The position numbers and the translations under genes are program-made. 64,000 nt of DNA from Octopus sinensis (taxonomy: Eukaryota), in the NCBI RefSeq assembly GCF_006345805.1, contig NC_042998.1, positions 2,356,001 through 2,420,000 on the forward strand. Reading direction: 5' to 3'. The notes under the pieces are model-generated. The model did not search any database. It had not been told where the DNA came from and saw only the letters and a program-made list of their open reading frames with translations. Within the stretch, counting starts at the first letter, position 1. Each line of letters starts with the position of its first letter. Positions 50,216-63,790 of this stretch are shown piece by piece.

Positions 50216-50435
50216 GCTTTATTTAAAAGCAGCAGAAATATAACAAAAGCTGTTACTCGGAGTTTCACGTTCCCGTTCGTCAGACAGTTTTGTTAAAATA
50301 GAACCAAAATAACAATTTAGCTAGTTTTGATCAAATTGTTATTTTGGTTCTATTTCAACAAAACCGTCCGACAAACAGGAACGTGAAACTCCGAGTAACA
50401 GCTTTTGTTATATTTCTGCTGCTTTTAAATAAAGC
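50216..50435. mobile_element. Near-perfect palindrome (103-bp arms, 14-nt loop), probably a foldback MITE
   Basis: 50216-50318 versus 50333-50435 differ at five positions, all transitions. Confidence 0.8.
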
Positions 50436-51207
50436 ATATTACTCTACCTCCTGTATTTGAGTACTCTTTTTTCCACCTTGTTTCACATCTATGTGCTTAC
50501 TCAGGTATATATAGCAAAATTTAGATTCAAATGAATGTGGAACTTAAATTAGATGCGCCAGAATTTTGTACGGTGTTATCCATATAAATCCATGGGGTGA
50601 TTCTTGTTGCTTATTTTGAGTATATATATACACACATACATACCAGCTTCATTATCCTCTTTCTAATTACTACCATGCATCCTCATAATGTGAGTATCCA
50701 TGTATCTCCTCCGTAGTAAGCCACTTTTACTTGTCTTTCTCTCACACTTTACCTTCTCAACATCTGGCATATAAACCCCCTGCTCCACTTCCTAAGTCAT
50801 GGGTTTTTTCTTTTTCTAGTTCTTTTCAGTCTTGCACCATAACTGATGACCTCACTTCTGGCATTGGCATGAACATAAAAAGCACCCAGCATACTCTGTT
50901 TATGGTGGTTGGCATTAGGAAGGGCTTCCAGTCATAGAAAACATGCCAAAGATGATACTGGAACACAGCACAGCTCTGCAGCTTGCTGGATCCTTTCAAA
51001 GCATTTAACCCATGCCAGAACAGTAAACAGATATTAAACAACAACTTTGAATTATTGATGTGTAACGATTATGCGCACCTGTTTGCATTACTAAAATAGA
51101 AGCAATTTGTATGTAGCAAATAAATGAAAGGAAGAAGATATTAGTGATGATATGGCCTTCATTCGTTTCATGAGAATGTAAACTACAACTTTTTTGAGTT
51201 ATGATAC

Positions 51208-51390
51208 TGTTATATTGCAATACTACACAAGCGGCCGTGTGAGCTACGAAATCCTTGTCACGACTGTTATGTCGCATGTTTGGATGCCTCTACCACTCAA
51301 CTCGACTCTTCTCTTCGACGTCGAGACTTCTCCCTCTATATCTACGTATTGGGCTAGTCTACTTCATCGTCTGGGGGTGTCCACACAACA
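51208..51390. mobile_element. Solo LTR (183 bp) with 5-bp TSD
   Basis: GATAC|TGTTATATTG...CACACAACA|GATAC. TG...CA ends, CpG-rich against a CpG-poor background. Confidence 0.8.
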
Positions 51391-52639
51391 GATACACAGA
51401 TGATTTGCAGTCCTGTTATCTATTTTGTAGGTTGTTAGCTTCATCTGTGAGTGATTGCTAGAAGACCTGTGGAAAAAGGAGAGAGAGAAAGAGTAAGAGA
51501 ATTGACCTCTTTGTGTTGACAAGTAGAGAGGGTGAAAGTTGTACTGTCCTGTGTTGACAAAACACACGACGGGAGAAATAGACAAATGTGCCCCTTTAGG
51601 CAGGCACCCAGCAAAAGAGGTAGAACTGATTTGAGTTCTGTATTCATATTTTTTCTAACTAAAGGATTTTTCATGTGTTCTCTTGTCTGAACCCTATTTA
51701 ACCTAAAAATGTTAACCTAAACAATAGAACCTAATTAAGCGTGATTGTTGACTCTCATTAATTTCTAAGTAGAAAAGCTGAGAACAATAGGAAAGGACTT
51801 GTAGAGAAATGTAGATTTGATTTTGAATCCTGGCCTAGAATCTAGGAAGCTGTTCATTACAGATAACAATAATCCATTTCACAAGATTCTTAACAGATTT
51901 CTGATTACCTAGTTTCATTTATAGGTCTTGGATTCAGTTGATGTTATAATAAACAACATTCACCCAAGATGCTATACTGGGTTTGAACCTTAAACCATGC
52001 AAGTGAATTTCTTAAACTGTTGACCATGTTACAACCACGAGTACCATGTTTTTTTCTTTCTATGTCAAAAGTTGCATTGGCTATTTAACTTTAAGAAGGC
52101 ACTGTGTGATATAAGGAAGATTTGGTTGCTTTTTCCAGCAGGCTCAGTGATTGCATGAAGGCTTCCTTATTGATTTATGCATGTAATAAATTTGGTGATG
52201 CTAGTGGATGGGGTAGGGTAAGTTTAGTCAAATTAATTCCAGGATATGCCCGGTACTTATTTTATTTGTCCTTTGGCAGAATAAGGTGAAAGTGGAGCCT
52301 GGCAGAGTTTTCTAAATTGAGAAACACTGATGTTCAAAACTAAATGCTATATTTATTCTTGCATCAGATACAGTTGAATTTGTCTGTTGTGTTCCCTTTG
52401 GGATGAAGTTTTGCTTTGATAACTGTAACTGATAACATGAATCTGAAGATATAACAATATCTTTCATTTTAATTAATGGAAAACTTTTAATTAATTCTAA
52501 ATAGGTTGGGATGCAACAATTTTGATAACAATAACTGTTTGATGATATTTAGTAATGATTATAAATAAAATATGTTTTCTCTGTTTGTCTATCTATCTAT
52601 GGGTGATGCAGAGAATAAATTCCAGAAATGAAAACAAAG

Positions 52640-53470
52640 CCATGAATCAAGAAGGCTCAGAATAAATTTTCAAAGACTATAAAGTTTTTGTAACTAGGAA
52701 AGAAGGTACGGCATTGTTGCCATTAAAGAATTGACTGTGTTCAATATGTGAAAAGGGAGTTGATAGGAATTTCACATGAGATGCTCAATATAAACTACAA
52801 GTACACAACAGGTATAGTGGGATAATAGAAAGACTGATAGGGTAAAAATATTTCATATGTGGTGGAAGTACACCAATAAAATATATACTTTTCAATGCAT
52901 GCTTCAAATATCTGGGTTCTGATACCGAGATAACCAAATCATCAGTGAGGGTAGTCTAAAAATATTGTAGTCAGATTAAGCACAGGATGGAAAGAGTTCA
53001 GAAAGCTATTACCTTTGCTGATAACAAAGGGATTCTTTCCTTGAGTGAAGGGTAGATTGTAAGATGCATGTGTACAAATTGCTTTGTTTCACAGTAGTGA
53101 AACATGTGTACTGAATGTTAAGGATGTGTGAAGAAATGAAGCTGGTATCCTCTGTTGCGTGTGTAATGTTAGCTGATGTGCTTGAATGACAGCAGAAATG
53201 AGCTGAGAGAGAAACTGGGTGTGACTGGAATTAGATGCAGCGTGTGAGAGGGATGATTGCACTTGTACAGACATGCAATGCATATCATGGTAACAGTTGG
53301 GTAACGAGGTGCTAGGAGATCCAACAAGAAGAAAGATGTAGATAGAAGTCAAGAAAGGTAACCTTAAGATGCTGAACTTCACTGGGATGACAAAAATGGA
53401 TTACAATGAATGGCAAGATGATGAGTTGGAGAGTACTCACTCAGTCCATGGAAAAATGATGATGATGATG
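52640..53470 (+). mobile_element. Old degraded RTE RT fragment (same zinc-finger-bearing type)
   Basis: CSICEKGVDRN..., GWKEFRKLLPLLITKG..VKGRL*DACV...HSSET, with many stops. Confidence 0.7.
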
Positions 53471-53774
53471 ATCATCATGATTGTTTAACCTCTATTTTTC
53501 ATGTTAACATAGGTTGCACAGTTTGACCAGAAGTGGTAAGGCCAGGGGCTGCACCAGGCTCTATTGTCTGTTTTGGCATGGTTTCTACAGCTGGAGTTTC
53601 CAACCACTCCACTGAGGGCCTTTTACATAGCACCAGCCCCAGTGCTTTTAATGTAATACCAGCTGGAGTGCTGGACAGCAGCCCCTGCCAGGGCTCCACT
53701 GTCAAGTGTGTCTTAGTTGCTGAAATTGATTGCAATACTTATTTTAATGATTGCTAAAACAACGATACATATAT

Positions 53775-54140
53775 ACTCTTTTACTCGTTTCAGTCATTTG
53801 ACTGCGGCCATGCTGGAGCACCACCTTTAATCGAGCAACTCGACCCCGGGACTTATTCTTTTGTAAGCCCAGTACTTATTCTATCGGTCTCTTTTGCCGA
53901 ACCGCTAAGTGACGGTGATGTAAACACAACAGCATCGGTTGTCAAGTGATGTTAGGGGGACAAACACAGACAAACAAACATACACACACACATTCATATA
54001 TATATACATATATACGACAGGTTTCTTTCAGTTTCCGTCTACCAAATCCACTCACAAGGCATTGGTTGGCCCGGGGCTATAGCAGAAGACACTTGCCCAA
54101 GATGCCACGTGGTTGGTTAGCAAGCTACTTACCACACAGC
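53775..54140 (-). mobile_element. SINE family A with a short deletion in the head
   Basis: GATGCCAC|GTGGTTGG lacks the GCAGTGGGACTGAACCCGGAACCAT segment. Confidence 0.85.
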
Positions 54141-54661
54141 CATATATATCATCATCATTTAACGTTTGCTTTCCATGCTGGCATGGGTTGGATGGTTTGA
54201 CTGAAAACTGGTAAACATAGGAGCTGTACAAGGTTCCGGTCTGAAGATTTCTATGGTTGGGTGCCCTTCCTAACGTCAACCACTTCAAGAGTGTTGTGGG
54301 TGTTTTTTATGTGCCACCAATATCGGCGACCACTACCGTCTCACTTGGCTAGCATCAGTCATGTTAGGTTTTAGGATGGTCGTTTTTTTTCTCCTTAAAT
54401 AAAAACATGCTCTATATATTTATTGGAATGGATTTAACAGAACAGGAAATATGTGGGATGGAGAGTTGCCGAAGAGGTTGTAGGGTGTGGGACAAAAGAT
54501 TTCCAGACAAAAAAAAAAAAGTACAATAACAAATCTGAAGTGAAGGACGTATAATGCAGATTTGGCAAAAAAGAACATCCCGAAATATAAAATCTGTTTC
54601 ACATCAGGAATCTTGCAAAACAAATACATAAACGTATGTGTGTGTGTGTGTGTGTATATAT

Positions 54662-55050
54662 ACTCTTTTACATGTTTCAATCATTTGACTGCGGCCATGC
54701 TGGAGCATCGCCTTTAATCGAGCAACTCGACCCTGGGACTTATTCTTTTGTAAGCCCAGTACTTATTCTATCGGTCCCTTTTGCCGAACCGCTAAGTAAC
54801 GGGGACATAAACACACCAGCATCGGTTGTCAAGCAATGTTAGGGGGACAGACAGACACACAAACACGCATATATATATACATATATACGACAGGCTTCTT
54901 TCAGTTTCCGTTTACCAAATCCACTCACAAGAATTTGGTCGGCCCGAGGCTATAGTAGAAGACACTGGCCCAAGGTGCCACACAGTGGGACTGAACCCGG
55001 AACTATGTGGTTGGTAAGCAAGCTACTTACCACACAGCCACTCCTGCGCC
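54662..55050 (-). mobile_element. SINE family A
   Basis: Reverse match. Confidence 0.88.
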
Positions 55051-55624
55051 TGTGTGTGTGTATACACATATACATAGATGGGCAGGACATCCAGCCGTAG
55101 AAACCATGACAAATCAGACTGGGGCCTGGTGCAGCCCCTCAGCTTACCAGCCTTGGTCAAACCGTCCAACCCATGATGAAATATATACATGTACATATAT
55201 ATGATGTGCTCTCTCTCACATACACACGCACTTTAACCTAATCAGGACTGGCGACATGGACATCCAGCCGTTGAATACCGCCCAACAAGTGACATCCAAC
55301 CCATGCCACGGCGCTAAATCGATGCGCGCACGTATGAATGTGTGTGTGTGTGTTTGTGTATATATATATGATGTAGAAAGTTTAAAGATTAAAATCTGAT
55401 ATACAGCAGCAATAAAGCGTCATAAGAATAAACATACGCTGTGGTCACTACTATTTTTGTAGAATGCATACATTTTATGTGTATATATGTGCGGATATGC
55501 ATACACACACACATAATGTACATTTTCACATATACTTTTAGGAATAAGGTTCATATATGTAAACGTGCGTGCATAAACCAATACCTATACGTGTGTATGC
55601 ATCTCTCTCTCTATATATATATAT

Positions 55625-55658
<34 letters not shown>

Positions 55659-55739
55659 GCATCTCTCTCTCTCTATATATATATATACACACACACACGT
55701 ATATATATATATATGAGCATGTATCGGTTAGTATAACGT

Positions 55740-56350
55740 TCACATACGCACGCACACAGTACACGGCGTAAGCGTTACCAAGGTACTCGTTCGTGTGACC
55801 ACCTCCAAACTTCCTCCCACTACGTCTTCACGGTGTTTATGACGTCACTGACACTCCCACCCCCTCTGTTAAGATAAGGGCAGAGTCGGGGAGGCTTTCT
55901 CTCGTGAAACACTTGGCACTTTCTGTTCCTCTCACTCAACACACCTCCTCCTCCTCCTCCCTTGGCCGTTATTGGAGAATTTTTTTCCAACCTTTCCTCG
56001 CCGCACTTGTTATTATTTTGGGAAAGCACGCCGCTTGGAGAAACATGGATCGAATCTTACCTTCTCTCTTATATTTCGGTCAAGTTACCGAAATAGTTTC
56101 TTTTACTTCTTAATTTAGGCAGGAAAAAGTAAAAGAGACGGAAAAACAAATGTTCAAGTTAGTAAAGAAAGCAGAAAAAAAGATGCTCGAATGCAATTAA
56201 TTAGCCGTAGTTAATTAATTAACAGGATGTTATTTCGTTTTATTTCGTTTATTAATTGCTGAGATAATTTCGGAAAAAAAAAATATATGTGTATATAAGA
56301 AACAATAACGATAGAGAAAATTATTGAACATAGAACGAAGAGTAGAAAAT
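55740..56350. promoter_or_regulatory. CpG-retaining promoter-like region with a full CRE palindrome
   Basis: Roughly 28 CpGs in ~600 bp of non-repeat sequence. TGACGTCA at 55840-55847. Minus-strand donor AAG|GTAAGA at 56061/56060. Confidence 0.45.
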
Positions 56351-57815
56351 TAAAAAAAGAAGAAGAAGAAGGATGACTAATTCAGTGGCTTTTTCGAGGG
56401 AACGAAAGGAAATGTACACATAATCGGGTAAGGAACCTGTTTCTTAATCACATTTTGTACATTCATGAAACCTTGATGTTTTTCTGAAAATTAGTTGAGA
56501 TGCAGAAAAGACCAAAGATAGAGAAAGATTGAAATAGAAAGTGTTTAAAGGTGTCTGAGGCAAGTCATGCTTTGTTGTTGTTGAATAGCCAGTTTTATGG
56601 GGGATCATTTTATTTAAAGGGATCAACTACAAATTGGACCCCCATTTCCTGACATGCAATGCGCGCCCTTCCGCTCATCACTGTTCCTTAAATACACATT
56701 TTCATTGCCTTAATATTTTGTGAACCCTTTTAAACTACAAATGATCCCTTCTAATTATTTAAAACCAATTTATAGTAAAATTGCTATAATTTACTCTGAA
56801 GGGATCAATATTTCTCCCCTTTTTTCCTTCTCCCTTGTCTCACCATGAACGTTGTGCTATTAATATAAACCGCGTGGCTTTAAGGATTTAGTGGGAAAAA
56901 GTGTTAAGATATTCATTCTGGACATTATTAAACTATTTTTCATTTACTTCGAAAATTTTCAATACAAATTCTTCTTCTTGGGATTGTTTTCTTTCCAGTA
57001 ATTATAACAAAGACTGGACGACCTTATCAAACAATTTCTTAAGCATCTATTTCAGCTAATTATTTATTGTACTATGAAAATTAACGAAGTTTGTTCAATA
57101 TATAATCATGTATGCCTATAAGAATATGATCAGGTATTCTATTAATATTTGAAAAAAAAAGAAAAAACGAAACCTTGTAAACTTATATTTTATTCGAATG
57201 GAATGAAGTCGTTTGCAGCGGCGAACTAGAAAGGTGCTTCTTTCAATATACCTCTAAGACTATAGGGTGTGTCAGTACTCTTATTAAAGGTATATATATA
57301 CACACACACACACATTTGTATATTGGCACGAAACTCTAGACCCTTGAGTCGGTGTAAATCTAGTTTAGTAGGTTATACACACGCATATACACATGTATAT
57401 ACATATTGCATGTAATGTGTGTATTCGTATAAATTTATAAATGTGTGTGTGTGTATATATACACACACATATAAAGTGTATGGTTTTGTCGTGTGAATGC
57501 ATATATGTGTATACATGTTGTATGTGTGTCTGTGTGTATATATATATACATGTTGTCTCTATGTGTGTGTGCGTGTGTATATATATACACATGCATGTGT
57601 GTATATACAGTGTGGCCCAAAATTAGGCTTACAGTTATCACGTAGGCACTTTAAATTTCTTTTAAAATATTTTATCACATTTAAATTTCTATCTTACGAG
57701 CTGAAAAGGGGGACTTGACAAAATTAACTAAATTAGCATAGAATAAGGGTTTCATATTATTTTATAATTAAGACCTAAACTGTTAATATATGAATGCGAA
57801 AGAGATAGTTGAATA

Positions 57816-57850
<35 letters not shown>

Positions 57851-58019
57851 GAGTGTGTGTATATATATATCTATATGTATGTGTGTATATAATATATATA
57901 TATATCTATATAATGTATGTATGTATATATTTGTGTGTATGAAATTTATGTATACGTAAGTATATGTTTGTGTATGCTGATATGTATGTAGATACATATG
58001 TATATAGGGAAGAAAATCC

Positions 58020-58590
58020 TGATTGCAAACCTCCACTACCCTGCGGTTATATCCAGGTATGAGAAGGACTTTGGAATTCGACCATGAAGAATAATCATTG
58101 GCTTGACCCTCTAAGGCAGTTTGATGTTGTCTGCAGCCCTGTTCTGGCAACTCCCGCAACAATGTGCCAGATTGTAGCAGCTATGCTGTTCCTTTGGATC
58201 CAACAGTCTCATGGAGTGGGAGGACACACCTGCATGGACAACTGGCCCTCTATGCCAGCGCTCCAAAACCGGTATGCCATGGCACACTGGTGTGTCACAA
58301 GACGATGCTAGGCTGCAGAGCACTGCTCTATCCCATACTGGCACATGTTCGATCCTATTGAACATCTCATACTGGAAAGATGGTACTGCAACAACCAAAC
58401 AACACTGGGTCAGACCACAAATGTTTGTGGGGCAGACATTAACCCTTTTTTCTTTTCTTTTTTTTGTTTGTTTTACATCACACAGTTCAGTCACTTCAGT
58501 TACAGACAATACTGTCTCAGTAGGGCGGAAAACTTGAACCTTGATTCATGGTCCATGGTCATTAACGACAGATGGAGGCCAGTATATATA
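58020..58590 (+). mobile_element. Degraded Tc1-like transposase remnant
   Basis: QDDARLQ (QDNARPH-like) and FDPIEHL (LNPIEHL-like). Ends GGCCAG|TATATA. Confidence 0.45.
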
Positions 58591-58919
58591 TAGACTGACC
58601 AAGGAATTTTTATTTTTAGATATAAATGATGTACTTAAATGTGGTTGTGTTTTTAGCTTCTGCTTTTTCCATGGCCACATGTGAGTATTTTATTTATGTT
58701 CCCTCGTAAGCTCTACTGAAGAAGAATATGTCCTTTATAGGGATTAATTCCGAAATTGATTCAATATAGAGATAACGAAATTTAAATTTTCTAAAGGTTA
58801 GTTGCCCGCTTTCAGTTCAATTTTCCTGTAACAAGTGGATTATAAGTGGATAAATCAGTGTATTCTTTAGCCCTTAATTATAAGATATATATATATATAT
58901 ATGAGGTGTTGGGCGATAT

Positions 58920-59228
58920 GATATGCTTCAGAAGAACTGTTGAGTCAAGTAAAATCGAAATCGTGGGCGTGGCCAGTGCCCCCTGACTGGCTCCCATACT
59001 GGTGGCATGTAAAATGCTCCATCCGAACGTGATCGATGCCAGGGTCGCCTGACTGGCTCCCGTGCCAGTGACACTATTGGAGTGGTTGGTGTTAGGAAGG
59101 GCATCCAGCTGTAGAAACACTGCCAGATTAGATTGGAGCCTGGTGCAGCCCACTGGCTTGCCAAACCTCAGTCAAACCGTCCAACCCATGCCAACATGGA
59201 AAATGGATGTTGAACGATGATGATGATG
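58920..59228 (+). mobile_element. RTE 3' end with (ATG)n tail
   Basis: GGGCATCCAGCTGTAGAAAC...CCAACCCATGCCAACATGGAAA...GATGATGATG. Confidence 0.85.
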
Positions 59229-59499
59229 AATATATATATATAAATTTAAACACTGGGGGTCTACATTTAGCATAATGGATGTCCACTTAGTGGTCATCAC
59301 TCTTATATATATGTAATATATATATGTAATATATATATATGTATATATGTGTGTGTATGTGCATATATATATACATATATGTTTATATTTATGTGTATGT
59401 ATATGTAAGTGCATTTATGCATCTGTAACTTTATGTATATATGAGATATGAGTATATGTATGTATATATTTATGTATGCTTGCACATATATATGTATAG

Positions 59500-60420
59500 T
59501 TTGGAAAAGTCCTGTTGCATTTCAATATGGGAAAGAAACAAATGCTTTTTTGGTGTTAATTGATGTATTTAATCAAGATAATCCCATCTATTCAACAAAT
59601 TGTTGAATCTCTTGGACATAAAATAACTCAGCTTTTGAAGCAATGAAACTCTCAGTATGTCTGTGACTGTTAATCACTTTACAATTCATAAATTGTTTTC
59701 CCTCTGAATAATGTTGCAGAAATCTGCAAAGATGATTCTCAAACAGAGCAAGGTCAACAGTGCCATAATCTTTTCCTCAGTGACTTGGGCCATATGTGAT
59801 CTTGCTTTGTTTTAACACCCCTATATTATTGACCAACGATGGGCACTTCTTTTTCACAACACTTCCACTTGATGGCAATACTTGTATGCATTAACTGTTT
59901 TTGCTTTGGTTTAACACTTCATGATAGATGACCCCCTTCATCTGTTATACAGAGTATAACAATTTTGGGCTTAGCCCTGATTTGGGGATGAATACCCCTT
60001 TTTCATTGGATATGATTATAGAGAACTCAGTTTTCATCAGTTGTGATGATTCTGTCCAGAATAGGTTTGGTGGTAAGTCATGCTTCAGTGACAAATAGTG
60101 GGCAACTCTTTGAGAAGCTATCAAATAACAAAGGGTGCACTGACCAAGTTTAGACACTTTTCCTAGGTATTTTGTAATTGAAATGTAACTTAAATTGAAC
60201 AGTTTTTCTAATTCTTGTGCAGTTTGCTTTGGTCTTCCAGATCAAGGAGGATCTGCAAAAGAAAAAATTTTTCTGAACAAACCTGGCCAAACCACCATTG
60301 GTATTATCCAAAGGTTCCATAGATAAAGTGAATATTTCTTGCTGCTTCCATTGATAAAGAGTCCCTTTTGGATTCATACAACATACAGTGTTTGATATGG
60401 ATCTGATCTCATTTTAAAAG
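59500..60420 (-). mobile_element. Degraded mariner transposase remnant
   Basis: SKLGQCTL.. (SKLGKWVPH-like), SNEKGVF (GDEKWVF-like), KARSHMAQVTEEKIM (NARPH-like). Confidence 0.55.
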
Positions 60421-60699
60421 GTTAAAATCAATATGAATTTAACCTCTATGGTATAAAATAATCTGCAAAAAAAGAGAAAAAACTGTAAAAATTAATGTTC
60501 AATTTAGTATTGAAAATGTCCCCTTAAGGTAATCATGTGAAATGTGACAAACTTTCTTTCCAACCTGATATATATGTATGCATAAGTGTGTGTGTGTATG
60601 TATATATATTATACTTTGGATAGTTGTGAATTGTTGGGTGTTTTCTGTGGTAAAGTCCTGTATTCATTAAATAGAATTATAGAAAGCACCGTTGATTAA

Positions 60700-60904
60700 C
60701 CGTTTTGCATTCAGATTATTCTGTCTCATTCACATTGTTTCTAATTAATCATGCCTTATTTCGTAGATTTGAAATTTTGATGATGTGATTCTATACTTTT
60801 TGAGTGACATTGAAGGCTATGTGTGATAGACTGGATCTGATTGGTTAGAACATAAAACAGACAGCATATTTGGGCTGGATATAGCCGGTTTAAATGCTAA
60901 TGGA
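60700..60904. mobile_element. piggyBac-like MITE (TTAA family 2)
   Basis: TTAA|CCGTTTTGCATTCAG ... TGCTAATGGA|TTAA. Homologous to 8078-8299. Confidence 0.65.
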
Positions 60905-61889
60905 TTAAATGAATATATGAAAGTACAATGATATTTAACATGTCCATGTAGACTTGAATGCGAGAAGATCTTATGCTGTGGAAATAGTCTTGGGAGAAAT
61001 TTCTCTTCTGGAGACAACATATATGAAAACTCATTGGGATAGGGATTGTATGATGCATGTATTTCTGCATTGTTACACCTTATCAGCTGTGAATATGAAA
61101 TTCATTGTTCTCAATGTTAAGAAGAAAAAATTTACCCAAGACTATTCTTGCAGTGAAAGGTCTTCCCATGTTCAAGTGTTCACAATGGTTTTAAATATCA
61201 TTGTACATGCATATATTTTATTCAACTGTTCTTTGTGCGACTCTAATAAATTCCAGCTTAGTCAAGTTTTGTACATGCCAGCAAATTTACTCTTTTACTG
61301 TTCTTATCTATCAAAAATATTGTTCTGATAGAGCTGCGAATGGTGAATCCGATATGGTTGATGGAGCATAACTGTCTACAATCTGATGTTATGATTCATA
61401 ACACACACACGTGTGTGTGTGTGTATATTACTTTATTCAGTTGGTTCAATGAAACAACTACTGGTGCTTCTAAGTTATATACATTACACAATATGCATTA
61501 CTAAATCATCATTGTAATTGGTCACCTTAATTTGGAAACCATGGAATGAAAGTTATATCATAAACTCCACTCTTCATTTATGTCATACACCTGTATGTAT
61601 GTGCATACCTGTATGTATAGGTATTTATATATAGTTGTGATAATGAAGTGAAACCAAATAGTGATATCTTGAAGTGATTTAATATGCATCAAATGATTTC
61701 AAAATATCAGTATTTGGTTGGACTTCATTATTACAACTAATACAACACAGTACCAATACTTACTTGATGGTCGTGACTCTGCTTATGCGGATACACTAAC
61801 AATGATTTGGAGTAGTTTGTTATATTGGACTTGAGTCGAAAATTCTAGTACCGTACACCTTTTCTTAGTGTAACATGAAATAGGTATTT

Positions 61890-62130
61890 AAGGTGGTGAG
61901 CTGGCAGAAACGTTAGCATGCCGGGCAAAATGCTTAGCGGTATTTCGTCTGCTGTTACGTTCTGAGTTCAAATTCTGCCGAGGTTGACTTTGCCTTTCAT
62001 CCTCTCGGGGGTTGATTAAATAAGTACCAGTTACGCACTGGGGTTGATATAATAGACTTAATCCGTTTGTCTGTCCTTGTTTGTCCCCTCTATGTTTAGC
62101 CCCTTGTGGCCAATAAAGAAATATGAAATA
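61890..62130 (+). mobile_element. SINE family B
   Basis: AAGGTGGTGAGCTGGCAGAAACG head and (GAAATA)n tail. Confidence 0.85.
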
Positions 62131-63379
62131 GGTATTAGTATATGAATATATGTTCACACACATTTTAAATACTTTCAGTATCCAGAGCAAATATGAAGAG
62201 ATGACTGAATATTTTTCTTTCAAATTTCAAATCTATAAACATTTAAAATCACTTCTATCTGTTCTCTTTAGTTTGCAGGTAATTGTGTTGTGTTTGCTGT
62301 CACAATCAGGAGAGTGGGAGAAGTTTTTTGGTTGGAATGAGTCAGAATATGTTCGCTTTGTTTCACGACCTTAAACCCCCCCTCCCCTTCTCTACTAAAA
62401 TATTAAATAAACCCCACTTAAGTAAATCATTTGCTCTACCTACTCTCAATAGTTTTGCATTGCTGCCAAACAACATTTTAGAATATTGCCAGTAGGCTGA
62501 AGCATAGCCATCAGGATTACAAGAAGCAAATAAAAAACCCCATAGCTTTCCTCATAACTTAGGAGCTAACATATTGTCCTGACTGCCTTGGCCAAAGCAG
62601 GAACAATGCCAAGATCTTTGAATTGTGCTAAAATGGAGGTTCAGAAATGTTCATTCTCCATACCAGTGCCAATAAGCGTTGGTGCATCTTTAGCTTCAAT
62701 GTACCAATTCAACTTGTACCAATTGCTGTATTACTACTCCCCGTCTTGTTTTTCTTTTTCATTCACAAACAAGCAAATCTTACTCTTGTTTCCCTTCTGC
62801 TTTAGCCTACCTCATGGGCACATCTCTCCTCCTTTTCAGTTAACCCTAATGTGTCTCACCTGGTATCCATGTTAATCCCCACATCATCATCATCATCGTT
62901 TAACGTCCATTTTCCGCGCTAGCACGGGTTGGACGGACTCCCATAAAACACATTTCCGAATCATGCCTCACCAAAATTGCATCTTTCTGTAATTCTTTCT
63001 CTGCTCACATTTTTCTTATAACTATTAACCTGCAGAAACCCTGCAACCACAAATACTGTTTTCTCTCCTACTACTAAAATAACTTCTTCCCTCCTGAAGT
63101 AATGAGCTGCACACCACTTCCATGTAGGCACACCTGGTGCACCTGTCTCTTCTTCCCTTGTGGACACCTCTGTGCCTTAACCATCACACTCTGCACTAAA
63201 CACTTTTTCTCTAAGACGTTCTTCCTCAGAGTCGTTCTCCAAACCCTCATTTTCTTACAAAGATTACATTTCTCACAGAAGGTCATACTAAACACCAACC
63301 TCACCAGTCTATACTGACATACAGATGTCATCCGTACTGCTTCTTTAGATAATTCATAAAAAATAAATTTACACAGTAT

Positions 63380-63790
63380 AGGCGCAGGAGTGGCTGTGTG
63401 GTAAGTAGCTTGCTAACCAACCACATGGTTCCGGGTTCAGTCCCACTGCGTGGCATCTTGGGCAAGTGTCTTCTGCTATAGCCCCGGGCCGACCAATGCC
63501 TTGTGAGTGGATTTGGTAGACGGAAACTGAAAGAAGCCTGTCGTATACATGTATACATATATATAAGTGTGTGTGTATATGTTTGTGTGTCTGTGTTTGT
63601 CCCCTTAGCATTGCTTGACAACCGATGCTGGTGTGTTTACGTCCCCGTCACTTAGCGGTTCGGCAAAAGAGACCGATAGAATAAGTACTGGGCTTACAAA
63701 GAATAAGTCCTGGGGTCGATTTGCTCGACTAAAGGCGGTGCTCCAGCATGGCCGCAGTCAAATGACTGAAACAAATAAAAGAGAGTAAAC
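63380..63790 (+). mobile_element. SINE family A, young subfamily
   Basis: Near-identical reverse complement of 34480-34902. Confidence 0.92.

Noticed and set aside
56072-56095. Iron-responsive-element-like hairpin
   Set aside because: The loop is CAAGUU (or AACUUG), not CAGUGN, and there is no bulged C.
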